A stretch of 24,000 nucleotides of DNA from Terriglobia bacterium (GCA_963757835.1 CAVWSP010000017.1:37671-61670), one strand, 5' to 3'. Positions 1-8,478 are shown, counted from the first letter of the stretch. The notes: generated by a model from the sequence alone, not told the origin. Translations and numbers: made by a program.

Positions 1-489
1 GCTCCCGGAGTGGTCGAGGTTCCTGCCGCCGGAGGCAAGGGGCGGCCCACCAAGGACGTCGTGCCCGGGGCGAACTACAGCATTGACACGGTCAGGCGTC
101 TGAAAGAGTCGCTGAAGAAGATCGACCGCGTATTTTTTCTGATTGGCATGGACGCCTTTTCCGAGATCGCGCACTGGCACCAGGCCGAGGCGTTGTTTCG
201 GGAGTGCGAGTTCATCGTGGCCAGCCGCCCCGGATACTCCCTGGCCGATGTGGCCAATGCCCTGCCGGAGAAGATCCGGCCTCCACGGAACGTGAGCCAA
301 CCCTTCGCTAAACAGCCGGCCAAGGGCGATCTGGTGCTGAGGGGAGCGACCATCCATTTGCTGGAGAACGTGCACCAGGCAGTGTCGGCCACGGCGATCC
401 GCGAAGCGGTTGCGGCGAAGAAGCCGCTGCGCAAGTACGTGGATGCGGCGGTGGAAGAGTACATAAAGAAGGAAGGGTTGTATGGGTAG
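1..489 (+). CDS. nadD: nicotinate-nucleotide adenylyltransferase NadD, C-terminal part (5' end lies outside the window)
   Basis: The frame is open from nt 1. The block YSIDTVRRL...FFLIGMDAFSEIAHWHQ...FIVASRPG is typical of NadD. The conserved nadD-rsfS-rlmH order follows. Confidence 0.85.
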   Translation, partial: APGVVEVPAAGGKGRPTKDVVPGANYSIDTVRRLKESLKKIDRVFFLIGMDAFSEIAHWHQAEALFRECEFIVASRPGYSLADVANALPEKIRPPRNVSQPFAKQPAKGDLVLRGATIHLLENVHQAVSATAIREAVAAKKPLRKYVDAAVEEYIKKEGLYG

Positions 490-642
490 CAGTCGTCGGT
501 CGTCAGGAAATCGTCGTTGGCCGTTGGTCTTTGGCCTTTGGTCTTTGGCCAAACCTGGTGCCTGCCAGTATCCGGGACCTCAGCTACAATGGATTGGCCA
601 ACGACCAAGGGCCAACGGCCAGCGACGATTTCCCAACGACTC
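490..642. repeat. heptad-periodic intergenic repeat H1 (nadD-rsfS spacer), two inverted arms
   Basis: Nine in-phase 7-mers span 490-552: cagtcgt cggtcgt caggaaa tcgtcgt tggccgt tggtctt tggcctt tggtctt tggccaa. Reverse-complement units span 596-642. Positions 506-543 pair with 596-633. Confidence 0.85.
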
Positions 643-1062
643 ATGACCAAAAACGATTCGAAACACCAGGTCTCCGAAGCCATCCGTGCCTGCCTGGAAA
701 AGAAGGCGGAAGAAATCACCATACTGGAACTGGAAAAAGGGTCGGGAGCGTTCACCGACTACTTCGTAGTGTGCAGCGGGACGAATCCGCGGCAGGTCCA
801 GGCCATTGCCGACGAGGTGGAATTGCGCTTGAAAGGGGCGGGTCAGCGGCCCACTCACATCGAGGGCTACAAGCAGGCGGAGTGGGTGTTGCTCGACTAC
901 GTCGATTTCGTGGTCCACGTTTTCTCCGAGAAGGCGCGCAAATTTTATGATCTCGAGCGCTTGTGGAAGTCAGCGCGCCGGATGGAGCCGGCCGAGCTGG
1001 TGGCCGCGCCGGCAAGGCAAAAGCGCACCCCGGTTCGCGGCCTGCGGAAGAAGCGAGCCTGA
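643..1062 (+). CDS. rsfS: ribosome silencing factor RsfS (iojap family)
   Basis: FTDYFVVCSGTNPRQVQAIADEV...EGYKQAEWVLLDYVDFVVHVFSEKARKFYDLERLW is the RsfS core. I chose the ATG at 643; the upstream part of ORF 517.. is translated heptad repeat. Confidence 0.9.
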   Translation: MTKNDSKHQVSEAIRACLEKKAEEITILELEKGSGAFTDYFVVCSGTNPRQVQAIADEVELRLKGAGQRPTHIEGYKQAEWVLLDYVDFVVHVFSEKARKFYDLERLWKSARRMEPAELVAAPARQKRTPVRGLRKKRA

Positions 1063-1151
1063 GTTTTCTGGTTAAGTCCTTGGCCGACGCTTCAAGCCAT
1101 TTCTGACCCGTTGCCCTCTGTGTACTCGGTGTCCTCTGTGGTTAAATCCCA

Positions 1152-1595
1152 TTGGTGAAACTCAAAGTTGCGTGGATTGGGAAGACTAAAGAACCCGCCA
1201 TCCAGTCTCTGACGGATGAATACCTGAAGCGTCTGTCACGTTACGCCGAAGTTGACGGGACCACGCTCAAAGACGAGGCGGCGGTTTTGAAGCTATGCAC
1301 GCGGGAGGCACGGCCCCGGCACACGCTGGTCCTGCTCGACCAGCGAGGCAGGCAGCTTTCCTCGGAGGAACTGGCCCAATTCCTGGGCGACTATCAGGAC
1401 CGGAACCCCCTGGCCTTGCTGTTTGCGGTGGGCGCGGCGGACGGCTTTACTGACCAGGCGCGGCAGGCGGCCACGCTGGTGCTTTCCCTGGGCAAGATGA
1501 CGCTGGCGCACGAACTGGCGCGGGTGGTCCTGCTGGAGCAACTCTACCGGGCCTTCACCATTCTAAAGGGTCACCCCTACCATCTGGGGCATTGA
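1152..1595 (+). CDS. rlmH: 23S rRNA (pseudouridine1915-N3)-methyltransferase RlmH (SPOUT)
   Basis: Matches RlmH over its full length: LLDQRGRQLSSEELAQFL...LLFAVGAADGF...LSLGKMTLAHELARVVLLEQLYRAFTILKGHPYH. The start is TTG 1152 or GTG 1155. Confidence 0.9.
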   Translation: MVKLKVAWIGKTKEPAIQSLTDEYLKRLSRYAEVDGTTLKDEAAVLKLCTREARPRHTLVLLDQRGRQLSSEELAQFLGDYQDRNPLALLFAVGAADGFTDQARQAATLVLSLGKMTLAHELARVVLLEQLYRAFTILKGHPYHLGH

Positions 1596-1720
1596 GACCA
1601 ATTCAGGAATTCAGGCGTGTACCTTCGTGATGTTCCCAGATTGGGCTCTGGAAGCCTAGAGTCGAGATGGCAGCAGAATAACGCTGTGTACCCAGCCCTC
1701 CCCTTTAAGGATTGATTGTG

Positions 1721-1879
1721 ATGAAGAATCCATTTGAAGTGTTGAAGACGAAAGAGCAGGAAGTCGCCAAAGTCAAGAAAGAGATCAATGCGCTGCGGGT
1801 CACGATTCAGCTGATCGGGGACGAGAAAAACGCCGCCGACCACAAAGTGGACCTGCACTCTGTTATCGAAATGCCGTAG
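1721..1879 (+). CDS. hypothetical small protein (52 aa, predicted helical/charged)
   Basis: Sequence MKNPFEVLKTKEQEVAKVKKEINALRVTIQLIGDEKNAADHKVDLHSVIEMP. AAGGA lies 9-10 nt upstream of the ATG, and third codon positions are mostly G/C as in neighbouring genes. A perfect intrinsic terminator follows. It is absent from the ORF track only because of the length cutoff. No homology recognised. Confidence 0.5.
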   Translation: MKNPFEVLKTKEQEVAKVKKEINALRVTIQLIGDEKNAADHKVDLHSVIEMP

Positions 1880-1920
1880 TCCGCAATCTCTCGTTCAGCC
1901 TGGAAATAACATTGATCGAG

Positions 1921-1947
1921 CACGGGCGTCCCCGCCCGTGTTTTTTT
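1921..1947 (+). terminator. rho-independent terminator
   Basis: cacgggcg-tccc-cgcccgtg forms a perfect 8-bp GC stem, followed directly by T7 (1941-1947). Confidence 0.85.
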
Positions 1948-1962
1948 GTCGCCAAAACGCCC

Positions 1963-2077
1963 GGGTGGGGAGAGCCGCCTCCGGCTCTCCAGTCGAGCGC
2001 AGCTCGACCGGGGTTTGCCGACAGAAAAATAGCGGAGCTTTGCTCCGCCGGACAGCCGAGGGCGGCTGTCTCCACCC
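1963..2077. repeat. E2 palindromic-repeat inverted doublet (REPIN/MITE-like)
   Basis: Left copy 1963-2011: gggtggggagagccgcctccggctctccagtcgagcgcagctcgaccgg. Right copy inverted, 2031-2077: ...ccggacagccgagggcggctgtctccaccc. Same family as 8479-8527, 14827-14965 and 23661-23698. Confidence 0.8.
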
Positions 2078-2196
2078 TGTTCTCCACGTGATTCTCTGCG
2101 TTGTTCTTAACCTGGCCACTGATCAGGAGGCGGTGCACGAGCGGGGCGCTCGCGCCCACATTCGGCGGGAACAGGTACAATTAAAGATTCGCCGGT

Positions 2197-2733
2197 ATGC
2201 CGGACATCCGCCGTGGTCTCATCATCGTGAATACCGGCCCGGGCAAGGGCAAAACCACTGCTGCCATGGGCACGGCTTTGCGGGCGGTGGGGCAGGGCAT
2301 GCGCGTCCTGATGCTGCAGTTTTTGAAGGGCTCGTGGCACTACGGCGAGCTCGATGCGGTGCAGGCTTTTGGCGACAAGTTCATCATGAAGCAGATGGGC
2401 CGCGGCTTCGTGAAAGTGGGCAGCGAAAAGCCCGATCCCGAAGATGTCCGCATGGTGGAAGAGGCCTGGGCGGAGGCTGCCCAGGCAATCAATTCCGGCG
2501 CCTGGGACCTGGTGATCCTGGATGAGATCAACTATGCCATCAGTTATGGCATGCTCGATCCCGCCAAAGTGGTGGAGACTCTGAAGAGCAAACCTGAAAT
2601 GGTGCACATTATCTTGACCGGGCGAAACGCCCATCCGACAATTGTCGAGGTCGCGGACACCGTGACCGAGATGCGCCAGGTCAAGCACGCCTACGAGAAG
2701 GGCGTCATGGCGCAGAGAGGGATTGAGTACTAA
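2197..2733 (+). CDS. cobO: cob(I)yrinic acid a,c-diamide / cob(I)alamin adenosyltransferase (CobA/CobO/BtuR family)
   Basis: GLIIVNTGPGKGKTTAAMGTALRAVGQGMRVLMLQFLKG (P-loop), then DLVILDEINYAISYGML, ILTGRNAHPTIVEVADTVTEMRQVKHAYEKGVMAQRGIEY. Confidence 0.85.
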   Translation: MPDIRRGLIIVNTGPGKGKTTAAMGTALRAVGQGMRVLMLQFLKGSWHYGELDAVQAFGDKFIMKQMGRGFVKVGSEKPDPEDVRMVEEAWAEAAQAINSGAWDLVILDEINYAISYGMLDPAKVVETLKSKPEMVHIILTGRNAHPTIVEVADTVTEMRQVKHAYEKGVMAQRGIEY

Positions 2734-2737
2734 ACGT

Positions 2738-2845
2738 CAGGCGTCAGTCTTCGGTCTTCAAGACTTCGCCGCCCGAGACAAGCACGGCTAGTAAAGGTTT
2801 TGACCTTCGACTGAAGACTGACGACCGACGACTGACGACCGACTT
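2738..2845. repeat. heptad-periodic intergenic repeat H2 (cobO-accD spacer), inverted arms
   Basis: Left arm 2738-2765: caggcgt cagtctt cggtctt caagact. Right arm 2811-2845: ctgaaga ctgacga ccgacga ctgacga ccgactt, ending exactly at the accD ATG. Positions 2743-2756 pair with 2809-2822 (13 WC + 1 G.U). Confidence 0.85.
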
Positions 2846-3730
2846 ATGGCATGGTTCAAACGACAAGCCGGTGAGCTGGATACTTCGGGCGAGCGCAAGA
2901 TTCGCACCGAGGGGCTGTGGGTGAAGTGTGAGACCTGCCGGCAGATTATCTGGAAGAAAGACCTGGAGGAGAACCTCAACGTTTGTCCCAAGTGCGACCG
3001 TCATTTCCGCATTGATGCGCGCACCCGCCTGGCCCAGTTGCTGGATGACAATGAGTACGAAGTTTCCGACTCTAACCTGACTTCCACCGACCCCTTGAAA
3101 TTTGTGGACCTCAAGGCCTACTCGGCGCGCCTCAAGCAGGCGCAGGCCGATACCGGATTGAAGGACGCCATAATCAACGCCCGCGGAAAGCTGAATGGGC
3201 GGACCGTGATCGTAAGCTCGATGGAGTATGCGTTCATCGGGGGAAGCATGGGAGCGGTGGTGGGCGAGGCCATCACCCGGGCCATTGAGCAGGCCACCGA
3301 AACCAGGGTGCCGATCGTGATCGTTTCCGCCTCGGGCGGGGCGCGCATGATGGAAGGCGTGATCAGCCTGATGCAACTGGCCAAGATTTCGGCCGCGCTG
3401 GCCCGGTTGGATGAGGCCAAGGTGCCGTTTATTTCGATCCTGACCGACCCTACTACGGGAGGCGTGACGGCATCCTTCGCCATGCTCGGCGACCTGAATA
3501 TCGCCGAACCCGGCGCTTTGATCGGCTTCGCCGGCCCGCGAGTGATTGAACAGACCATCCGCCAGAAACTTCCCCAGGGCTTCCAGCGGAGCGAATTTCT
3601 GCTCGAGCACGGCATGCTGGACGCGGTGGTGCACCGGCGCCAGCTGAAGTCATTCATTTCGCGGTCGCTGGATTTTATGGATCAGTCTGAAGGGCAGTCG
3701 TCAGTCGTCGGTCGTCAGACGTCAGCTTAG
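2846..3730 (+). CDS. accD: acetyl-CoA carboxylase carboxyltransferase beta subunit AccD
   Basis: N-terminal Zn ribbon CETCRQ...CPKCDRHFRIDARTRL. CT domain SMEYAFIGGSMGAVVGE...VSASGGARMMEG. accD-folC synteny. The last ~12 codons (EGQSSVVGRQTSA) are heptad-repeat sequence. Confidence 0.95.
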   Translation: MAWFKRQAGELDTSGERKIRTEGLWVKCETCRQIIWKKDLEENLNVCPKCDRHFRIDARTRLAQLLDDNEYEVSDSNLTSTDPLKFVDLKAYSARLKQAQADTGLKDAIINARGKLNGRTVIVSSMEYAFIGGSMGAVVGEAITRAIEQATETRVPIVIVSASGGARMMEGVISLMQLAKISAALARLDEAKVPFISILTDPTTGGVTASFAMLGDLNIAEPGALIGFAGPRVIEQTIRQKLPQGFQRSEFLLEHGMLDAVVHRRQLKSFISRSLDFMDQSEGQSSVVGRQTSA

Positions 3731-3884
3731 AACCTCAGTGGCCAGTCTTCAGTTCCCGGTTGTCAGACACTCCATCGAGCTGCCTACTTCCTCTGTTCGG
3801 CCCGCCAGTTCGACGATTCGACGGGCTGGGCTCGAAAGCTTAAACCCGAAGCTGGTACCCTTGTTTGCTGAAGACTGACGACCG
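3695..3884. repeat. heptad-periodic intergenic repeat H3 (accD 3' end to folC start)
   Basis: First run 3695-3729: cagtcgt cagtcgt cggtcgt cagacgt cagctta. A second phased run with CAG/CGG every 7 nt spans 3736-3770. The distal arm ctgaaga ctgacga ccg (3868-3884) abuts the folC ATG. It is perfectly complementary to 3743-3752 and to 3709-3718 (10 bp each). Confidence 0.85.
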
Positions 3885-5237
3885 ATGTCTTCCTACGAAA
3901 CTGCCATCGCGCGCATGAACGCATTGGGCCATGAACTGGCCCAAACGCCCTCGCACAAGTTCGATCTGGCGCACATGCGTGTGCTGCTCGCGGCGCTGGA
4001 TAATCCTGAGCGGCATTTCCCCAGCGTCCTGATTGCGGGGACGAACGGCAAGGGATCGACCGCAGCGACGCTGGCTTCGATCCTGCAGGCGTCGGGGTTG
4101 CGCACCGGGCTCTATACCTCTCCCCACCTGGTGCGGATCAACGAGCGCATACAGATCGGCGGGCAGCAGATCGGCGATGACGATTTTGCCCTGGTCCACG
4201 ACCTGGTGGACCGCACCGCCGAGCGCCTGGCCGGCGAGGGCGAGTTGCCGTGGCATCCCAGTTTTTTCGAGATGCTGACTGCGATTGCATTTGAGCACTT
4301 CGCGCGCCGGAAGGTGGAAATCGCGGTGCTCGAGGTCGGCATGGGCGGACGCCTGGATGCGACCAACGTGGTGGAACCGATCGTCAGTGTCATCACCGAT
4401 ATCTCGCTCGACCATCAGAAATTCCTGGGAGACTCCGTGACCGAGATCGCGGGCGAGAAGGCGGGAATCATTCGTCCGGGCGGAGTGGTGGTCACGCTTC
4501 CGCAACAGCCCCAGGCCAACGACGTAATCGGAAACACGATTCTTGAACTGAACGCGCGGGCAGTGAATGCGGTGCCGTATGTGCCGCCGGTGAGTCCGGC
4601 CAGCGCCCAATACCTGGCGGCCGGTAGCGAAAAGAATCCGGTTTCGCGTTATCCGATGCAGGTGATGGGGGAGCAGATCCTGGTCGAAACACCGTTGATC
4701 GGGCGCCACCAGTTGCGAAACGTCGCTTTGGCCATTGCGGCCGCGGAGGAACTGGGCCGGCAGGGATTTGGCGTGACGGCGGCCTCGATTGAACGGGGCA
4801 TTCGCGAAAGCCATTGGCCGGGACGCTTCCAGGTGATGCCCGCCGGCGGCGGTGCACCTGAATATGTATTCGATGTGGCGCATAATCCGGCCGGGGCATG
4901 GGCGCTGCGCTCGACTCTTTCGGCTGGCTATGCGGAGCGTCCGCTGACGTTTATTTTTGGCGCGATGCGAGACAAGGCCATTGGAGAAATGGCTGAAATC
5001 CTGTTTCCGCTGGCGGAGCGGGTGATCGCCACTCGGGCCGACAATCCCCGGTCTGCCGCGCCTGAGGACATTCGAGAGGCGGCGTCCCGGACCTCGACCC
5101 AGATCGAAGAAGCCGCGGACGTGGCCGCCGCCCTGAAACTGGCACGAACCTCGGCCCGGCCGGATGCTGTGGTGGTTGTTACTGGATCGATATACATTGT
5201 AGGAGAGGCGATGCGGCTGCTCGGAGCGCGCATCTAA
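3885..5237 (+). CDS. folC: bifunctional folylpolyglutamate synthase / dihydrofolate synthase FolC
   Basis: Mur-ligase P-loop IAGTNGKGSTAATLASIL, then VLEVGMGGRLDATNV, HWPGRFQ, FDVAHNPAGAWAL. Located downstream of accD. Confidence 0.93.
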   Translation: MSSYETAIARMNALGHELAQTPSHKFDLAHMRVLLAALDNPERHFPSVLIAGTNGKGSTAATLASILQASGLRTGLYTSPHLVRINERIQIGGQQIGDDDFALVHDLVDRTAERLAGEGELPWHPSFFEMLTAIAFEHFARRKVEIAVLEVGMGGRLDATNVVEPIVSVITDISLDHQKFLGDSVTEIAGEKAGIIRPGGVVVTLPQQPQANDVIGNTILELNARAVNAVPYVPPVSPASAQYLAAGSEKNPVSRYPMQVMGEQILVETPLIGRHQLRNVALAIAAAEELGRQGFGVTAASIERGIRESHWPGRFQVMPAGGGAPEYVFDVAHNPAGAWALRSTLSAGYAERPLTFIFGAMRDKAIGEMAEILFPLAERVIATRADNPRSAAPEDIREAASRTSTQIEEAADVAAALKLARTSARPDAVVVVTGSIYIVGEAMRLLGARI

Positions 5238-5243
5238 CAAGCG

Positions 5244-6074
5244 GTGCCATCAGCGAAAACACCTATCGAGATGGACAGCCCGGTGGAGGCGGCTCCGGCA
5301 AAACCTCGCCAGGGTCCTCCCCAGCCCGCGGCGGCAGCCGTTTCCCGGCACTATGGGTGGGCCAGCCGCCTGCGTTCGTATCTCATCTTCGATCCCCTCA
5401 TCTGGGCGTACACCGTCGTTCTGGGGATTATTTCCATTCCAGTGTCGCTATTCGGAAACCAGGGGCGCATTCTGCACGGATTCGCGCGCTTCTGGTCCTG
5501 GTTGATCATGAAGACGATTTCATCGCCAACTACAGTCAGGGGAATGGAAGCGATCGACACGTCAAAGCCGTATGTTTACGCGGTGAACCATGCGTCCGCG
5601 CTCGACATCCCCGTGTTGTATGTGTATCTGCCCTTCGAGTTCCGCATTGCTTTCAAGAAGGAATTGCTGTCATACCCCATCGTGGGGTGGCACCTTAACC
5701 GCTCGGGGCAGATTTGCGTGGACCAGCAGAACCCGTCGCGGTCGATCGGCAGCATTCGCGCCGCGCTGAAGAGCCTGAAAAGCGGTATGCCCCTGGTCAT
5801 CTTCCCCGAAGGTGGGCGCACGCCGGATGGCGAGATCAAGCCATTTTTACCGGGAGCGTTGTTTCTGGCGATCAAGGCGCAGGTGGATATCGTGCCGGTA
5901 GCGCTGGTGGGAACCTTCGATCTGCTGCCAATGAATACCTATCACATCAAGTGCCGGCCTCTGGAAATGCGGTTGGGACCGCCCATTTCGACCGCCGGCT
6001 ACACTTTGCGAAACATGCAAGAGCTTTCGGACAGGGTCCACAACGCGGTGGAGGATTTATACAAGAGCGGCTGA
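5244..6074 (+). CDS. plsC: 1-acyl-sn-glycerol-3-phosphate acyltransferase (PlsC/LPLAT family)
   Basis: Acyltransferase motifs NHASALDIP (HX4D block) and FPEGGRTPDG, with an N-terminal TM segment. The start is GTG 5244 or ATG 5271. Confidence 0.8.
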   Translation: MPSAKTPIEMDSPVEAAPAKPRQGPPQPAAAAVSRHYGWASRLRSYLIFDPLIWAYTVVLGIISIPVSLFGNQGRILHGFARFWSWLIMKTISSPTTVRGMEAIDTSKPYVYAVNHASALDIPVLYVYLPFEFRIAFKKELLSYPIVGWHLNRSGQICVDQQNPSRSIGSIRAALKSLKSGMPLVIFPEGGRTPDGEIKPFLPGALFLAIKAQVDIVPVALVGTFDLLPMNTYHIKCRPLEMRLGPPISTAGYTLRNMQELSDRVHNAVEDLYKSG

Positions 6075-6106
6075 GTTGTGGGACTGCAAAGTGGGATTTA
6101 CAGAAA

Positions 6107-7246
<1,140 letters not shown>

Positions 7247-7326
7247 TAAACAAAAATGCCCCGGCTCCCGCGCCGAGGCTTGGGGCCGCGAAGTTCCCGG
7301 GCGACCCGCTGATTGCTTTTCGAACG

Positions 7327-7590
7327 CTACTTCGCTTCGAGGGGTTCGATCATGACGAACTTGCCCATCGAACCCTTGTCGAGGAACTTGATGCGGCCGC
7401 TGATCTTGGCGAAGAGAGTGTCGTCCTTGCCGCGTCCAACGTTGAGACCCGGTTTGACCCGCGTGCCCCGCTGGCGGACGATGATGGTGCCGCCCGGGAC
7501 GATCTGTCCGCCAAAAGCCTTGAAGCCTAACCGCTGCGCGTTGGAGTCGCGTCCGTTTCGTGAACTGCCTAGACCTTTTTTATGTGCCAT
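7327..7590 (-). CDS. rpmA: 50S ribosomal protein L27
   Basis: [61 protein letters not shown] is canonical L27. Confidence 0.97.
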   Translation of the reverse strand: MAHKKGLGSSRNGRDSNAQRLGFKAFGGQIVPGGTIIVRQRGTRVKPGLNVGRGKDDTLFAKISGRIKFLDKGSMGKFVMIEPLEAK

Positions 7591-7625
7591 TGATTTTCAG
7601 TTTCCAGTTTCTGGTTTCTTGTTTC
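7591..7625. repeat. heptad-periodic repeat H6 (rplU-rpmA spacer, rpmA leader)
   Basis: tgatttt cagtttc cagtttc tggtttc ttgtttc. On the coding (minus) strand this reads gaaacaa gaaacca gaaactg gaaactg aaaatca directly followed by the rpmA ATG. Confidence 0.8.
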
Positions 7626-7643
7626 AAACTCTGCAATAAGCCG

Positions 7644-8129
7644 CTACTTCTTCTTTTTCGGCGCCGTTTTCTTGGGCGCTGCTTTTTTGTGCGCTGCCTT
7701 CTTGGCCGGGCTTTTGGCCGCCTTGGCCTCGGCCTTGGGCGCGTGTTCTTCTACTTCTGCCGGCTTCACTTTCTTCGGCTTCGCCTCTTTTTTCGGGAGG
7801 TCGGGGGCGGAGAATTTCTGGCCGTCGTAGGCGATCTCCGTGATGCGGACCGCGGTGTATCCCTGGCGATGTCCGCGCAGTTTCTTGTACTGCTTCTTGC
7901 GTTTGTAATGGAAGACCAGAATCTTCGCGCCGCGGCCCTGTTCCACGACTTCGCCGGTCACGAGCGCGGTGGATTGCGGACGCCCAATCTGGCCGGGCTC
8001 GCCGGAGACGGCCAGCACGTCGTTGAACTCGATTTTCCCGTCGGTGCCGTTGCCCTGGTTCTCCAGCCGAATCACATCGCCGGGCGCCACCCGGTACTGT
8101 TTACCACCGGCGCGGATGACCGCGTACAT
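7644..8129 (-). CDS. rplU: 50S ribosomal protein L21 with a ~60-aa Lys/Ala/Pro-rich C-terminal extension
   Basis: MYAVIRAGGKQYRVAPGDVIRLE...HRQGYTAVRITEI is the L21 core. GGAGG lies 7 nt upstream of the ATG at 8129. The ORF-track N-terminal extension to 8231 was rejected. Confidence 0.93.
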   Translation of the reverse strand: MYAVIRAGGKQYRVAPGDVIRLENQGNGTDGKIEFNDVLAVSGEPGQIGRPQSTALVTGEVVEQGRGAKILVFHYKRKKQYKKLRGHRQGYTAVRITEIAYDGQKFSAPDLPKKEAKPKKVKPAEVEEHAPKAEAKAAKSPAKKAAHKKAAPKKTAPKKKK

Positions 8130-8282
8130 ACTTATGCCTCCGTCCAATCTTGTGCCCGTCGCGGCCTGGCGCGATTGCCGGGAACCTGCTGAATTTCCTG
8201 TGCTTGCTTTCCGCGTCGGCGCTTTCGGCAACGATTGCGGGGCGGCTCCAGAACGGAGCCGTGAGTACAGGCAAACCCATCC

Positions 8283-8312
8283 ATTTTAGCGTGTGCTGTG
8301 GAAAAGCGTCAA
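8283..8312 (-). promoter_or_regulatory. sigma70-type promoter of rplU-rpmA-obg
   Basis: On the minus strand: TTGACG (8312-8307), an 18-nt spacer, then TAAAAT (8288-8283). The predicted TSS near 8276 gives a leader of about 147 nt. Confidence 0.6.
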
Positions 8313-8356
8313 ACCCGCAGAGGAGGGGCGATGCCAAGGCCACGAACTTGCGGGTA

Positions 8357-8458
8357 GTGTGGGTCGGACACTCTTGTCCGACGCCGTTGAAGTTGGACTG
8401 GCCGAAACCCAAAAAACAGCAACGTCAAAAGCGTCGGACAAGAGTGTCCGACCCACAC
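8357..8458. repeat. E1 palindromic-repeat inverted doublet (REPIN-like)
   Basis: Inverted copy 8357-8399: gtgtgggtcggacactcttgtccgacgccgttgaagttgg. Forward copy 8417-8458: cagcaacgtcaaaagcgtcggacaagagtgtccgacccacac. Confidence 0.85.
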
Positions 8459-8478
8459 CGTCGCCCGGCACGAAGAAT

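Noticed and set aside
1115-1140. Direct repeat cctctgtg at 1115-1122 and 1133-1140 in the rsfS-rlmH spacer, considered as another heptad array
   Set aside because: The spacing is 18 nt, not a multiple of 7, and only two short copies exist. Probably chance.
1950-2196. Possible cobalamin riboswitch upstream of cobO
   Set aside because: I looked for a B12-box-like element and the usual conserved core and did not see them. The structured part of the region is fully accounted for by the E2 inverted doublet. A covariance-model scan (Rfam RF00174) would settle it.
1863-2525. ORFs 1863-2180 (-), 1895-2119 (-) and 1938-2525 (+)
   Set aside because: They cross the terminator and the E2 doublet, and the last overlaps cobO out of frame. 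These are repeat-derived open frames in GC-rich DNA.
3840-5240. 466-aa minus-strand ORF antisense to folC, and similar long antisense ORFs (2744-3634 vs accD, 2107-2688 vs cobO, 22238-23218 vs the TBDR, 19092-19700 vs GH27)
   Set aside because: The sense-strand proteins have unmistakable family motifs. The antisense frames are Arg/Gly/Pro-rich with no motifs, which is typical of stop-poor antisense frames in high-GC DNA.
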